A stretch of 64,000 nt of DNA from Auanema rhodensis (taxonomy: Eukaryota > Animalia > Nematoda): the NCBI GenBank assembly GCA_964057225.1, contig OZ059895.1, positions 10,416,001-10,480,000 on the forward strand. The letters are read 5' to 3'. Shown piece after piece: positions 23,901 through 37,970 of the stretch. The notes beneath the pieces were generated by a model. That model saw only the letters and a program-made list of their open reading frames with translations, was not told where the DNA came from and did no database searches. A program made the translations under genes and the position numbers. Each line of letters opens with the position of its first letter. Position 1 is the stretch's first letter.

Positions 23901-26900
23901 AATCATATTTTAATTTAAGGCGGGCTCAAGTTGCTATTTTGTTCGATTTTCATGAAAAAATAAAAGTTTTAAAATGTTTATTTTTAGCCCTAGAAATACG
24001 TGCAACATCTTATTATCTGAGAAAATTTGAAAATTAAATGATTGAAAAAGTAAAACAGATTTTGTTAGCACAGAAACATATTAATCATATTTTAATTTAA
24101 GGCGGGCTCAAGTTGCTATTTTGTTCGATTTTCATGAAAAAATAAAAATTTTAAAATGTTTATTTTTAGCCCTAGAAATACGTGCAACATCTTATTATCT
24201 GAGAAAATTTGAAAATTAAATGATTGAAAAAGTAAAACAGATTTTGTTAGCACAGAAACATATTAATCATATTTTAATTTAAGGCGGGCTCAAGTTGCTA
24301 TTTTGTTCGATTTTCATGAAAAAATAAAAATTTTAAAATGTTTATTTTTAGCCCTAGAAATACGTGCAACATCTTACTCAACTCAAAATCAACTGTTTGA
24401 TAATATAAATTAGGTTTTGTGAGCATATATCCATAGTAATCATGTTTTGCGGCGGTTTCAACTTGCTATTTCGTTTGATTTTTATGAAAAATTAAATATT
24501 CTTAAAATTTTATTTCTTGTCCTAGAAATACGTGCTACATCTCTTTAAACTAAGAATTAGTTGATTGAAAAGGCAAAACAAATTTTGTGAGCATATACCC
24601 ATAGTAATCATGTTTTGCGGCGTGCTCAAGTTGCTATTTTGTTCGATTTTTATGAAAAATTAAATATTTTCAAATGTTTATTTTTCGCCCTAGAAATACG
24701 TGCAACATCTTATTCAACTCAAAATCAACTGTTTGATAAAATAAATTAGGTTTTGTGAGCATATATCCATAGTGATCATGTTTTGCGGCGGGTTCAACTT
24801 GCTATTTCGTTTGATTTTTATGAAAAATTAAATATTCTAAAAATTTTATTTCTTGTCCTAGAAATACGTGCTACATCTCTTTGAACTAAGAATTAGTTGA
24901 TTGAGAAGGCAAAACAAATTTTGTTAGCACAGAACCATATTAATCATATTTTCCGGCGGGCTTAAGTTGCTATTTTGTTCAATTTTCATGAAAAAATAAA
25001 AATTTTTAAATGTTTATTTTTCGCCCTAGAAATACGTGCAACATCTTATTATCTAAGAAAACTTGAAAATTAAATGATTGATAAAGTAAAACAGATTTTG
25101 TTAGCACAGAAACATATTAATCATATTTTAAGGCGGGCTCAAGTTGCTATTTTGTTCGATTTTCATGAAAAAATAAAAGTTTTAAAATGTTTATTTTTAG
25201 CCCTAGAAATACGTGCAACATCTTATTATCTAAGAAAATTTGAAAATTGAATAATTGAAAAAGTAAAACAGATTTTGTTAGCACAGAAACATATTAATCA
25301 TATTTTAAGGCGGGCTAAAGTTGCTATTTTGTTCGATTTTCATGAAAAAATAAAAATTTTAAAATGTTTATTTTTAGCCTCAGAAATACGTGAAACATCT
25401 TATTATCTAAGAAAATTTGAAAATTAAATAATTGAAAAAGTAAAACCGATTTTGTTAGCCCAGAAACATATTAATCATATTTTAAGGCGGGCTCAAGTTG
25501 CTATTTTGTTCGATTTTCATGAAAAAATAAAAATTTTAAAATGTTTATTTTTAGCCCTAGAAATACGTGCAACATCTTACTCAACTCAAAATCAACTGTT
25601 TGATAATATAAATTAGATTTTGTGAGCATATATCCAAAGTGATCATGTTTTGCGGCGGGTTCAACTTGCTATTTCGTTTGATTTTTATGAAAAATTAAAT
25701 ATTCTAAAAATTTTATTTCTTGTCCTAGAAATACGTGCTACATCTCTTTAAACTAAGAATTAGTTGATTGAGAAGGCAAAACAAATTTTGTTAGCACAGA
25801 ACCATATTAATCATATTTTCCGGCGGGCTTAAGTTGCTATTTTGTTCAATTTTCATGAAAAAATAAAAATTTTTAAATGTTTATTTTTCGCCCTAGAAAT
25901 ACGTGCAACATCTTATTATCTAAGAAAACTTGAAAATTAAATGATTGATAAAGTAAAACAGATTTTGTTAGCACAGAAACATATTAATCATATTTTAAGG
26001 CGGGCTCAAGTTGCTATTTTGTTCGATTTTCATGAAAAAATAAAAGTTTTAAAATGTTTATTTTTAGCCCTAGAAATACGTGCAACATCTTATTATCTAA
26101 GAAAACTTGAAAATTAAATGATTGATAAAGTAAAACAGATTTTGTTAGCACAGAAACATATTAATCATATTTTAAGGCGGGCTCAAGTTGCTATTTTGTT
26201 CGATTTTCATGAAAAAATAAAAGTTTTAAAATGTTTATTTTTAGCCCTAGAAATACGTGCAACATCTTATTATCTAAGAAAATTTGAAAATTAAATAATT
26301 GAAAAAGTAAAACAGATTTTCTTAGCACAGAAACATATTAATCATATTTTAAGGCGGGCTAAAGTTGCTATTTTGTTCGATTTTCATGAAAAAATAAAAA
26401 TTTTAAAATGTTTATTTTTAGCCTCAGAAATACGTGCAACATCTTATTATCTAAGAAAATTTGAAAATTAAATAATTGAAAAAGTAAAACCGATTTTGTT
26501 AGCCCAGAAACATATTAATCATATTTTAAGGCGGGCTCAAGTTGCTATTTTGTTCGATTTTCATGAAAAAATAAAAATTTTAAAATGTTTATTTTTAGCC
26601 CTAGAAATACGTGCAACATCTTACTCAACTCAAAATCAACTGTTTGATAATATAAATTAGGTTTTGTGAGCATATATCCATAGTAATCATATTTTCCGGC
26701 GGGCTCAAGTTGCTATTTTGTTCGATTTTCATGAAAAAATAAAAGTTTTAAAATGTTTATTTTTAGCCCTAGAAATACGTGCAACATCTTACTCAACTCA
26801 AAATCAACTGTTTGATAATATAAATTAGATTTTGTGAGCATATATCCAAAGTGATCATGTTTTGCGGCGGGTTCAACTTGCTATTTCGTTTGATTTTTAT

Positions 26901-29900
26901 GAAAAATTAAATATTCTAAAAATTTTATTTCTTGTCCTAGAAATACGTGCTACATCTCTTTAAACTAAGAATTAGTTGATTGAAAAGGCAAAACAAATTT
27001 TGTTAGCACAGAACCATATTAATCATATTTTCCGGCGGGCTTAAGTTGCTATTTTGTTCAATTTTCATGAAAAAATAAAAATTTTTAAATGTTTATTTTT
27101 CGCCCTAGAAATACGTGCAACATCTTATTATCTAAGAAAACTTGAAAATTAAATGATTGATAAAGTAAAACAGATTTTGTTAGCACAGAAACATATTAAT
27201 CATATTTTAAGGCGGGCTCAAGTTGCTATTTTGTTCGATTTTCATGAAAAAATAAAAATTTTAAAATGTTTATTTTTAGCCCTAGAAATACGTGCAACAT
27301 CTTACTCAACTCAAAATCAACTGTTTGATAATATAAATTAGGTTTTGTGAGCATATATCCATAGTAATCATATTTTCCGGCGGGCTCAAGTTGCTATTTT
27401 GTTCGATTTTCATGAAAAAATAAAAGTTTTAAAATGTTTATTTTTAGCCCTAGAAATACGTGCAACATCTTACTCAACTCAAAATCAACTGTTTGATAAT
27501 ATAAATTAGATTTTGTGAGCATATATCCAAAGTGATCATGTTTTGCGGCGGGTTCAACTTGCTATTTCGTTTGATTTTTATGAAAAATTAAATATTCTAA
27601 AAATTTTATTTCTTGTCCTAGAAATACGTGCTACATCTCTTTAAACTAAGAATTAGTTGATTGAAAAGGCAAAACAAATTTTGTTAGCACAGAACCATAT
27701 TAATCATATTTTCCGGCGGGCTTAAGTTGCTATTTTGTTCAATTTTCATGAAAAAATAAAAATTTTTAAATGTTTATTTTTCGCCCTAGAAATACGTGCA
27801 ACATCTTATTATCTAAGAAAACTTGAAAATTAAATGATTGATAAAGTAAAACAGATTTTGTTAGCACAGAAACATATTAATCATATTTTAAGGCGGGCTC
27901 AAGTTGCTATTTTGTTCGATTTTCATGAAAAAATAAAAATTTTAAAATGTTTATTTTTAGCCTCAGAAATACGTGCAACATCTTATTATCTAAGAAAATT
28001 TGAAAATTAAATAATTGAAAAAGTAAAACCGATTTTGTTAGCCCAGAAACATATTAATCATATTTTAAGGCGGGCTCAAGTTGCTATTTTGTTCGATTTT
28101 CATGAAAAAATAAAAATTTTAAAATGTTTATTTTTAGCCTCAGAAATACGTGCAACATCTTATTATCTAAGAAAAATTGAAAATTAAATAATTGAAAAAG
28201 TAAAACAGATTTTCTTAGCACAGAAACATATTAATCATATTTTAAGGCGGGCTAAAGTTGCTATTTTGTTCGATTTTCATGAAAAAATAAAAATTTTAAA
28301 ATGTTTATTTTTAGCCTCAGAAATACGTGCAACATCTTATTATCTAAGAAAATTTGAAAATTAAATAATTGAAAAAGTAAAACCGATTTTGTTAGCCCAG
28401 AAACATATTAATCATATTTTAAGGCGGGCTCAAGTTGCTATTTTGTTCGATTTTCATGAAAAAATAAAAATTTTAAAATGTTTATTTTTAGCCCTAGAAA
28501 TACGTGCAACATCTTACTCAACTCAAAATCAACTGTTTGATAATATAAATTAGGTTTTGTGAGCATATATCCATAGTAATCATGTTTTGCGGCGGATTCA
28601 ACTTGCTATTTCGTTTGATTTTTATGAAAAATTAAATATTCTAAAAATTTTATTTCTTGTCCTAGAAATACGTGCTACATCTCTTTAAACTAAGAATTAG
28701 TTGATTGAAAAGGCAAAACAAATTTTGTTAGCACAGAACCATATTAATCATATTTTCCGGCGGGCTCAAGTTGCTATTTTGTTCGATTTTCATGAAAAAA
28801 TAAAAGTTTTAAAATGTTTATTTTTAGCCCTAGAAATACGTGCAACATCTTACTCAACTCAAAATCAACTGTTTGATAATATAAATTAGATTTTGTGAGT
28901 ATATATCCAAAGTGATCATGTTTTGCGGCGGGTTCAACTTGCTATTTCGTTTGATTTTTATGAAAAATTAAATATTCTAAAAATTTTATTTCTTGTCCTA
29001 GAAATACGTGCTACATCTCTTTAAACTAAGAATTAGTTGATTGAGAAGGCAAAACAAATTTTGTTAGCACAGAACCATATTAATCATATTTTCCGGCGGG
29101 CTTAAGTTGCTATTTTGTTCAATTTTCATGAAAAAATAAAAATTTTTAAATGTTTATTTTTCGCCCTAGAAATACGTGCAACATCTTATTATCTAGGAAA
29201 ACTTGAAAATTAAATGATTGATAAAGTAAAACAGATTTTGTTAGCACAGAAACATATTAATCATATTTTAAGGCGGGCTCAAGTTGCTATTTTGCTCGAT
29301 TTTCATGAAAAAATAAAAATTTTAAAATGTTTATTTTTAGCCCTAGAAATACGTGCAACATCTTATTCAACTCAAAATCAACTGTTTGATAATATAAATT
29401 AGGTTTTGTGAGCATATATCCATAGTAATCATGTTTTGCGGCGGGTTCAACTTGCTATTTCGTTTGATTTTTATGAAAAATTAAATATTTTAAAAATTTT
29501 ATTTCTTGTCCTAGAAATACGTGCTACATCTCATTAAACTAAGAATTAGTTGATTGAGAAGGCAAAACAAATTTTGTTAGCACAGAACCATATTAATCAT
29601 ATTTTCCGGCGGGCTCAAGTTTCTATTTTGTTCGATTTTCATGAAAAAATAAAAATTTTAAAATGTTTATTTTTAGCCCTAGAAATACGTGCAACATCTT
29701 ACTCAACTCAAAATCAACTGTTTGATAATATAAATTAGGTTTTGTGAGCATATATCCATAGTAATCATGTTTTGCGGCGGTTTCAACTTGCTATTTCGTT
29801 TGATTTTCATGAAAAATTAAATATTCTAAAACTTTTATTTCTTGTCCTAGAAATACGTGCTACATCTCATTAAACTAAGAATTAGTTGATTGAAAAGGCA

Positions 29901-32900
29901 AAACAAATTTTGTGAGCATATACCCATAGTAATCATGTTTTGCGGCGTGCTCAAGTTGCTATTTTGTTCGATTTTTATGAAAAATTAAATATTTTCAAAT
30001 GTTTATTTTTCGCCCTAGAAATACGTGCAACATCTTATTCAACTCAAAATCAACTGTTTGATAATATAAATTAGGTTTTGTGAGCATATATCCATAGTAA
30101 TCATGTTTTGCGGCGGTTTCAACTTGCTATTTCGTTTGATTTTCATGAAAAATTAAATATTCTAAAACTTTTATTTCTTGTCCTAGAAATACGTGCTACA
30201 TCTCATTAAACTAAGAATTAGTTGATTGAAAAGGCAAAACAAATTTTGTGAGCATATACCCATAGTAATCATGTTTTGCGGCGTGCTCAAGTTGCTATTT
30301 TGTTCGATTTTTATGAAAAATTAAATATTTTCAAATGTTTATTTTTCGCCCTAGAAATACGTGCAACATCTTATTATCTAAGAAAATTTGAAAATTAAAT
30401 GATTGAAAAAGTAAAACAGATTTTGTTAGCACAGAAACATATTAATCATATTTTACGGCGGGCTCAAGTTGCTATTTTGTTCGATTTTCATGAAAAAATA
30501 AAAATTTTAAAATGTTTATTTTTAGCCCTAGAAATACGTGCAACATCTTATTCAACTCAAAATCAACTGTTTGATAATATAAATTAGGTTTTGTGAGCAT
30601 ATATCCATAGTAATCATGTTTTGCGGCGGGTTCAACTTGCTATTTCGTTTGATTTTTATGAAAAATTAAATATTTTAAAAATTTTATTTCTTGTCCTAGA
30701 AATACGTGCTACATCTCATTAAACTAAGAATTAGTTGATTGAGAAGGCAAAACAAATTTTGTTAGCACAGAACCATATTAATCATATTTTCCGGCGGGCT
30801 CAAGTTTCTATTTTGTTCAATTTTCATGAAAAAATAAAAATTTTTAAATGTTTATTTTTCGCCCTAGAAATACGTGCGACATCTTATTATCTAAGAAAAC
30901 TTGAAAATTAAATGATTGATAAAGTAAAACAGATTTTGTTAGCACAGAAACATATTAATCATATTTTAATTTAAGGCGGGCTCAAGTTGCTATTTTGTTC
31001 GATTTTCATGAAAAAATAAAAATTTTAAAATGTTTATTTTTAGCCCTAGAAATACGTGCAACATCTTACTCAACTCAAAATCAACTGTTTGATAATATAA
31101 ATTAGGTTTTGTGAGCATATATCCATAGTAATCATGTTTTGCGGCGGTTTCAACTTGCTATTTTGTTTGATTTTTATGAAAAATTAAATATTCTAAAACT
31201 TTTATTTCTTGTCCTAGAAATACGTGCTACATCTCATTAAACTAAGAATTAGTTGATTGAAAAGGCAAAACAAATTTTGTGAGCATATACCCATAGTAAT
31301 CATGTTTTGCGGCGTGCTCAAGTTGCTATTTTGTTCGATTTTTATGAAAAATTAAATATTTTCAAATGTTTATTTTTAGCCCTAGAAATACGTGCAACAT
31401 CTTATTATCTAAGAAAATTTGAAAATTAAATAATTGAAAAAGTAAAACAGATTTTGTTAGCACAGAAACATATTGATCATATTTTAAGGCGGGCTCAAGT
31501 TGCTATTTTGTTCGATTTTAATGAAAAAATAAAAATTTTAAAATGTTTATTTTTAGCCCTAGAAATACGTGCAACATCTTACTCAATTCAAAATCAACTG
31601 TTTGATAATATAAATTAGGTTTTGTGAGCATATATCCATAGTAATCATGTTTTGCGGCGGTTTCAACTTGCTATTTCGTTTGATTTTTATGAAAAATTAA
31701 ATATTTTCAAATGTTTATTTTTCGCCCTAGAAATACGTGCAACATCTTATTATCTAAGAAAATTTGAAAATTAAATGATTGATAAAGTAAAACAGATTTT
31801 GTTAGCACAGAAACATATTGATCATATTTTAAGGCGGGCTCAAGTTGCTATTTTGTTCGATTTTCATGAAAAAATAAAAATTTTAAAATGTTTATTTTTA
31901 GCCCTAGAAATACGTGCAACATCTTACTCAACTCAAAATCAACTGTTTGATAATATAAATTAGGTTTTGTGAGCATATATCCATAGTAATCATGTTTTGC
32001 GGCGGTTTCAACTTGCTATTTTGTTTGATTTTTATGAAAAATTAAATATTCTAAAACTTTTATTTCTTGTCCTAGAAATACGTGCTACATCTCATTAAAC
32101 TAAGAATTAGTTGATTGAAAAGGCAAAACAAATTTTGTGAGCATATACCCATAGTAATCATGTTTTGCGGCGGTTTCAACTTGCTATTTTGTTTGATTTT
32201 TATGAAAAATTAAATATTCTAAAAATTTTATTTCTTGTCCTAGAAATACGTGCTACATCTCTTTAAACTAAGAATTAGTTGATTGAGAAGGCAAAACAAA
32301 TTTTGTTAGCACAGAACCATATTAATCATATTTTCCGGCGGGCTTAAGTTGCTATTTTGTTCAATTTTCATGAAAAAATAAAAATTTTTAAATGTTTATT
32401 TTTCGCCCTAGAAATACGTGCAACATCTTATTATCTAAGAAAACTTGAAAATTAAATGATTGATAAAGTAAAACAGATTTTGTTAGCACAGAAACATATT
32501 AATCATATTTTAAGGCGGGCTCAAGTTGCTATTTTGTTCGATTTTCATGAAAAAATAAAAGTTTTAAAATGTTTATTTTTAGCCCTAGAAATACGTGCAA
32601 CATCTTATTATCTAAGAAAATTTGAAAATTAAATAATTGAAAAAGTAAAACAGATTTTGTTAGCACAGAAACATATTAATCATATTTTAAGGCGGGCTAA
32701 AGTTGCTATTTTGTTCGATTTTCATGAAAAAATAAAAATTTTAAAATGTTTATTTTTAGCCCTAGAAATACGTGCAACATCTTACTCAACTCAAAATCAA
32801 CTGTTTGATAATATAAATTAGGTTTTGTGAGCATATATCCATAGTAATCATGTTTTGCGGCGGGTTCAACTTGCTATTTCGTTTGATTTTTATGAAAAAT

Positions 32901-35900
32901 TAAATATTCTAAATTTTTTATTTCTTGTCCTAGAAAAACGTGCTACATCTCATTAAACTAAGAATTAGTTGATTGAAAAGGCAAAACAAATTTTGTTAGC
33001 ACAGAACCATATTAATCATATTTTCCGGCGGGCTCAAGTTGCTATTTTGTTCGATTTTCATGAAAAAATAAAAGTTTTAAAATGTTTATTTTTAGCCCTA
33101 GAAATACGTGCAACATCTTACTCAACTCAAAATCAACTGTTTGATAATATAAATTAGATTTTGTGAGTATATATCCAAAGTGATCATGTTTTGCGGCGGG
33201 TTCAACTTGCTATTTCGTTTGATTTTTATGAAAAATTAAATATTCTAAATTTTTTATTTCTTGTCCTAGAAATACGTGCTACATCTCTTTAAACTAAGAA
33301 TTAGTTGATTGAGAAGGCAAAACAAATTTTGTTAGCACAGAACCATATTAATCATATTTTCCGGCGGGCTTAATTTGCTATTTTGTTCGATTTTCATGAA
33401 AAAATAAAAGTTTTAAAATGTTTATTTTTAGCCCTAGAAATACGTGCAACATCTTATTATCTAAGAAAATTTGAAAATTAAATGATTGAAAAAGTAAAAC
33501 AGATTTTGTTAGCACAGAAACATATTAATCATATTTTAAGGCGGGCTCAAGTTGCTATTTTGTTCGATTTTCATGAAAAAATAAAAATTTTAAAATGTTT
33601 ATTTTTAGCCCTAGAAATACGTGCAACATCTTACTCAACTCAAAATCAACTGTTTGATAATATAAATTAGGTTTTGTGAGCATATATCCATAGCAATCAT
33701 GTTTTGCGGCGGGTTCAACTTGCTATTTCGTTTGATTTTTGTGAAAAATTAAATATTCTAAAAATTTTATTTCTTGTCCTAGAAATACGTGCTACATCTC
33801 ATTAAACTAAGAATTAGTTAATTGAGGAGGCAAAACAAATTTTGCTAGCACAGAACCATATTAATCATATTTTCCGGCGGGCTTAAGTTGCTATTTTGTT
33901 CGATTTTCATGAAAAAATAAAAATTTTTAAATGTTTATTTTTCGCCCTAGAAATACGTGCAACATCTTATTATCTAAGAAAACTTGAAAATTAAATGATT
34001 GAAAAAGTAAAACAGATTTTGTTAGCCCAGAAACATATTAATCATATTTTAAGGCGGGCTCAAGTTGCTATTTTGTTCGATTTTCATGAAAAAATAAAAA
34101 TTTTAAAATGTTTATTTTTAGCCCTAGAAATACGTGCAACATCTTACTCAACTCAAAATCAACTGTTTGATAATATAAATTAGGTTTTGTGAGCATATAT
34201 CTATAGCAATCATGTTTTGCGGCGGGTTCAACTTGCTATTTCGTTTGATTTTTATGAAAAATTAAATATTATGAAAATTTTATTTCTTGTCCTAGAAATA
34301 CGTGCTACATCTCATTAAACTAAGAATTAGTTGATTCAGAAGGCAAAACAAATTTTGTTAGCACAGAACCATATTAATCATATTTTCCGGCGGGCTCAAG
34401 TTGCTATTTTGCTCGATTTTCATGAAAAAATAAAAATTTTAAAATGTTTATTTTTAGCCCTAGAAAAACGTGCAACATCTTACTCAACCCAAAATCAACT
34501 GTTTGATAATATAAATTAGGTTTTGTGAGCATATATCCATAGTAATCATGTTTTGCGGGGGGTTCAACTTGCTATTTCGTTTGATTTTTATGAAAAATTA
34601 AATATTCTTAAAATTTTATTTCTTGTCCTAGAAATACGTGCTACATCTCTTTAAACTAAGAATTAGTTGATTGAGAAGGCAAAACAAATTTTGTTAGCAC
34701 AGAACCATATTAATCATATTTTCCGGCGGGCTTAAGTTGCTATTTTGTTCGATTTTCATGTAAAAATAAAAATTTTAAAATGTTTATTTTTAGCCCTAGA
34801 AATACGTGCAACATCTTATTATCTAAGAAAACTTGAAAATTAAATGATTGAAAAAGTAAAACAGATTTTGTTAGCACAGAAACATATTAATCATATTTTA
34901 AGGCGGGCTTAAGTTGCTATTTTGTTCGATTTTCATGAAAAAATAAAAATTTTAAAATGTTTATTTTTAGCCCTAGAAATACGTGCAACATCTTACTCAA
35001 CTCAAAATTAACTGTTTGATAATATTAATTAGGTTTTGTGAGCATATATCCATAGTAATCATGTTTTGCGGCGGGTTCAACTTACTATTTCGTTTGATTT
35101 TTATGAAAAATTAAATATTCTAAGACTTTTATTTCTTGTACTAGAAATACGTGCTACATCTCATTAAACTAAGAATTAGTTGATTGAGAAGGCAAAACAA
35201 ATTTTGTTAGCACAGAACCATATTAATCATATTTTCCGGCGGGCTCAAGTTGCTATTTTGTTCGATTTTCATGAAAAAATAAAAATTTTAAATTGTTTAT
35301 TTTTAGCCCTAGAAATACGTGCAACATCTTATTATCTAAGAAAACTTGAAAATTAAATGATTGAAAAAGTAAAACAGATTTTGTTAGCACAGAAACATAT
35401 TAATCATATTTTAAGGCGGGCTTAAGTTGCTATTTTGTTCGATTTTCATGAAAAAATAAAAATTTTAAAATGTTTATTTTTAGCCCTAGAAATACGTGCA
35501 ACATCTTACTCAACTCAAAATTAACTGTTTGATAATATTAATTAGGTTTTGTGAGCATATATCCATAGTAATCATGTTTTGCGGCGGGTTCAACTTACTA
35601 TTTCGTTTGATTTTTATGAAAAATTAAATATTCTTAAAATTTTATTTCTTGTCCTAGAAATACGTGCTACATCTCTTTAAACTAAGAATTAGTTGATTGA
35701 GAAGGCAAAACAAATTTTGTTAGCACAGAACCATATTAATCATATTTTCCGGCGGGCTTAAGTTGCTATTTTGTTCGATTTTCATGAAAAAATAAAAATT
35801 TTAAAATGTTTATTTTTAGCCCTAGAAATACGTGCAACATCTTATTATCTAAGAAAACTTGAAAATTAAATGATTGAAAAAGTAAAACAGATTTTGTTAG

Positions 35901-35999
35901 CACAGAAACATATTAATCATATTTTAAGGCGGGCTTAAGTTGCTATTTTGTTCGATTTTCATGAAAAAATAAAAATTTTAAAATGTTTATTTTTAGCCC

Positions 36000-37970
36000 T
36001 AGAAATACGTGCAACATCTTACTCAACTCAAAATTAACTGTTTGATAATATTAATTAGGTTTTGTGAGCATATATCCATAGTAATCATGTTTTGCGGCGG
36101 GTTCAACTTACTATTTCGTTTGATTTTTATGAAAAATTAAATATTCTAAGACTTTTATTTCTTGTACTAGAAATACGTGCTACATCTCATTAAACTAAGA
36201 ATTAGTTGATTGAGAAGGCAAAACAAATTTTGTTAGCACAGAACCATATTAATCATATTTTCCGGCGGGCTCAAGTTGCTATTTTGTTCGATTTTCATGA
36301 AAAAATAAAAATTTTAAAATGTTTATTTTAGGCCCTAGAAATACGTGCAACATCTTATTATCTAAGAAAATTTGAAAATTAAAAAATTGAAAAAGTAAAA
36401 CAGATTTTGTTAGCACAGAAACATATTAATCATATTTTAAGGCGGGCTCAAGTTGCTATTTTGTTCGATTTTCATGAAAAAATAAAAATTTTAAAATGTT
36501 TATTTTTAGCCCTAGAAAACCGTGCAACATCTTACTCAACTCAAAATCAACTGTTTGATAACAATAATTAGGTTTTGTGAGCATATATCCATAGTAATCA
36601 TGTTTTGCGGCGGGTTCAACTTGCTATTTCGTTTGATTTTTATGAAAAATTAAATATTCTAAAAATTTTATTTCTTGTCCTAGAAATACGTGCTACATCT
36701 CATTAAACTAAGAATTAGTTGATTGAAAAGGCAAAACAAATTTGTTAGCACAGAACCATATTAATCATATTTTCCGGCGGGCTAAAGTTGCTATTTTGTT
36801 CGATTTTCATGAAAAAATAAAAATTTTAAAATGTTTATTTTTAGCCTCAGAAATACGTGCAACATCTTATTATCTAAGAAAATTTGAAAATTAAATAATT
36901 GAAAAAGTAAAACCGATTTTGTTAGCCCAGAAACATATTAATCATATTTTAAGGCGGGCTCAAGTTGCTATTTTGTTCGATTTTCATGAAAAAATAAAAA
37001 TTTTTAAATGTTTATTTTTCGCCCTAGAAATACGTGCAACATCTTACTCAACTCAAAATTAACTGTTTGATAATATTAATTAGGTTTTGTGAGCATATAT
37101 CCATAGTAATCATGTTTTGCGGCGGGTTCAACTTGCTATTTCGTTTGATTTTTATGAAAAATTAAATATTCTAAGACTTTTATTTCTTGTACTAGAAATA
37201 CGTGCTACATCTCATTAAACTAAGAATTAGTTGATTGAGAAGGCAAAACAAATTTTGTTAGCACAGAACCATATTAATCATATTTTCCGGCGGGCTCAAG
37301 TTGCTATTTTGTTCGATTTTCATGAAAAAATAAAAATTTTAAAATGTTTATTTTAGGCCCTAGAAATACGTGCAACATCTTATTATCTAAGAAAATTTGA
37401 AAATTAAAAAATTGAAAAAGTAAAACAGATTTTGTTAGCACAGAAACATATTAATCATATTTTAAGGCGGGCTCAAGTTGCTATTTTGTTCGATTTTCAT
37501 GAAAAAATAAAAATTTTAAAATGTTTATTTTTAGCCCTAGAAAACCGTGCAACATCTTACTCAACTCAAAATCAACTGTTTGATAACAATAATTAGGTTT
37601 TGTGAGCATATATCCATAGTAATCATGTTTTGCGGCGGGTTCAACTTGCTATTTCGTTTGATTTTTATGAAAAATTAAATATTCTAAAAATTTTATTTCT
37701 TGTCCTAGAAATACGTGCTACATCTCATTAAACTAAGAATTAGTTGATTGAAAAGGCAAAACAAATTTGTTAGCACAGAACCATATTAATCATATTTTCC
37801 GGCGGGCTAAAGTTGCTATTTTGTTCGATTTTCATGAAAAAATAAAAATTTTAAAATGTTTATTTTTAGCCTCAGAAATACGTGCAACATCTTATTATCT
37901 AAGAAAATTTGAAAATTAAATAATTGAAAAAGTAAAACCGATTTTGTTAGCCCAGAAACATATTAATCAT
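36000..37970 (+). repeat. Tandem duplication of a 1025-bp 6-monomer unit
   Basis: The rare TTTTAGGCCC variant (GGCCC at 36331/37356), AAAACCGTGC and AACAATAATT recur at +1025 (1026 minus the 1-bp CAAATTTGTT deletion). Confidence 0.85.
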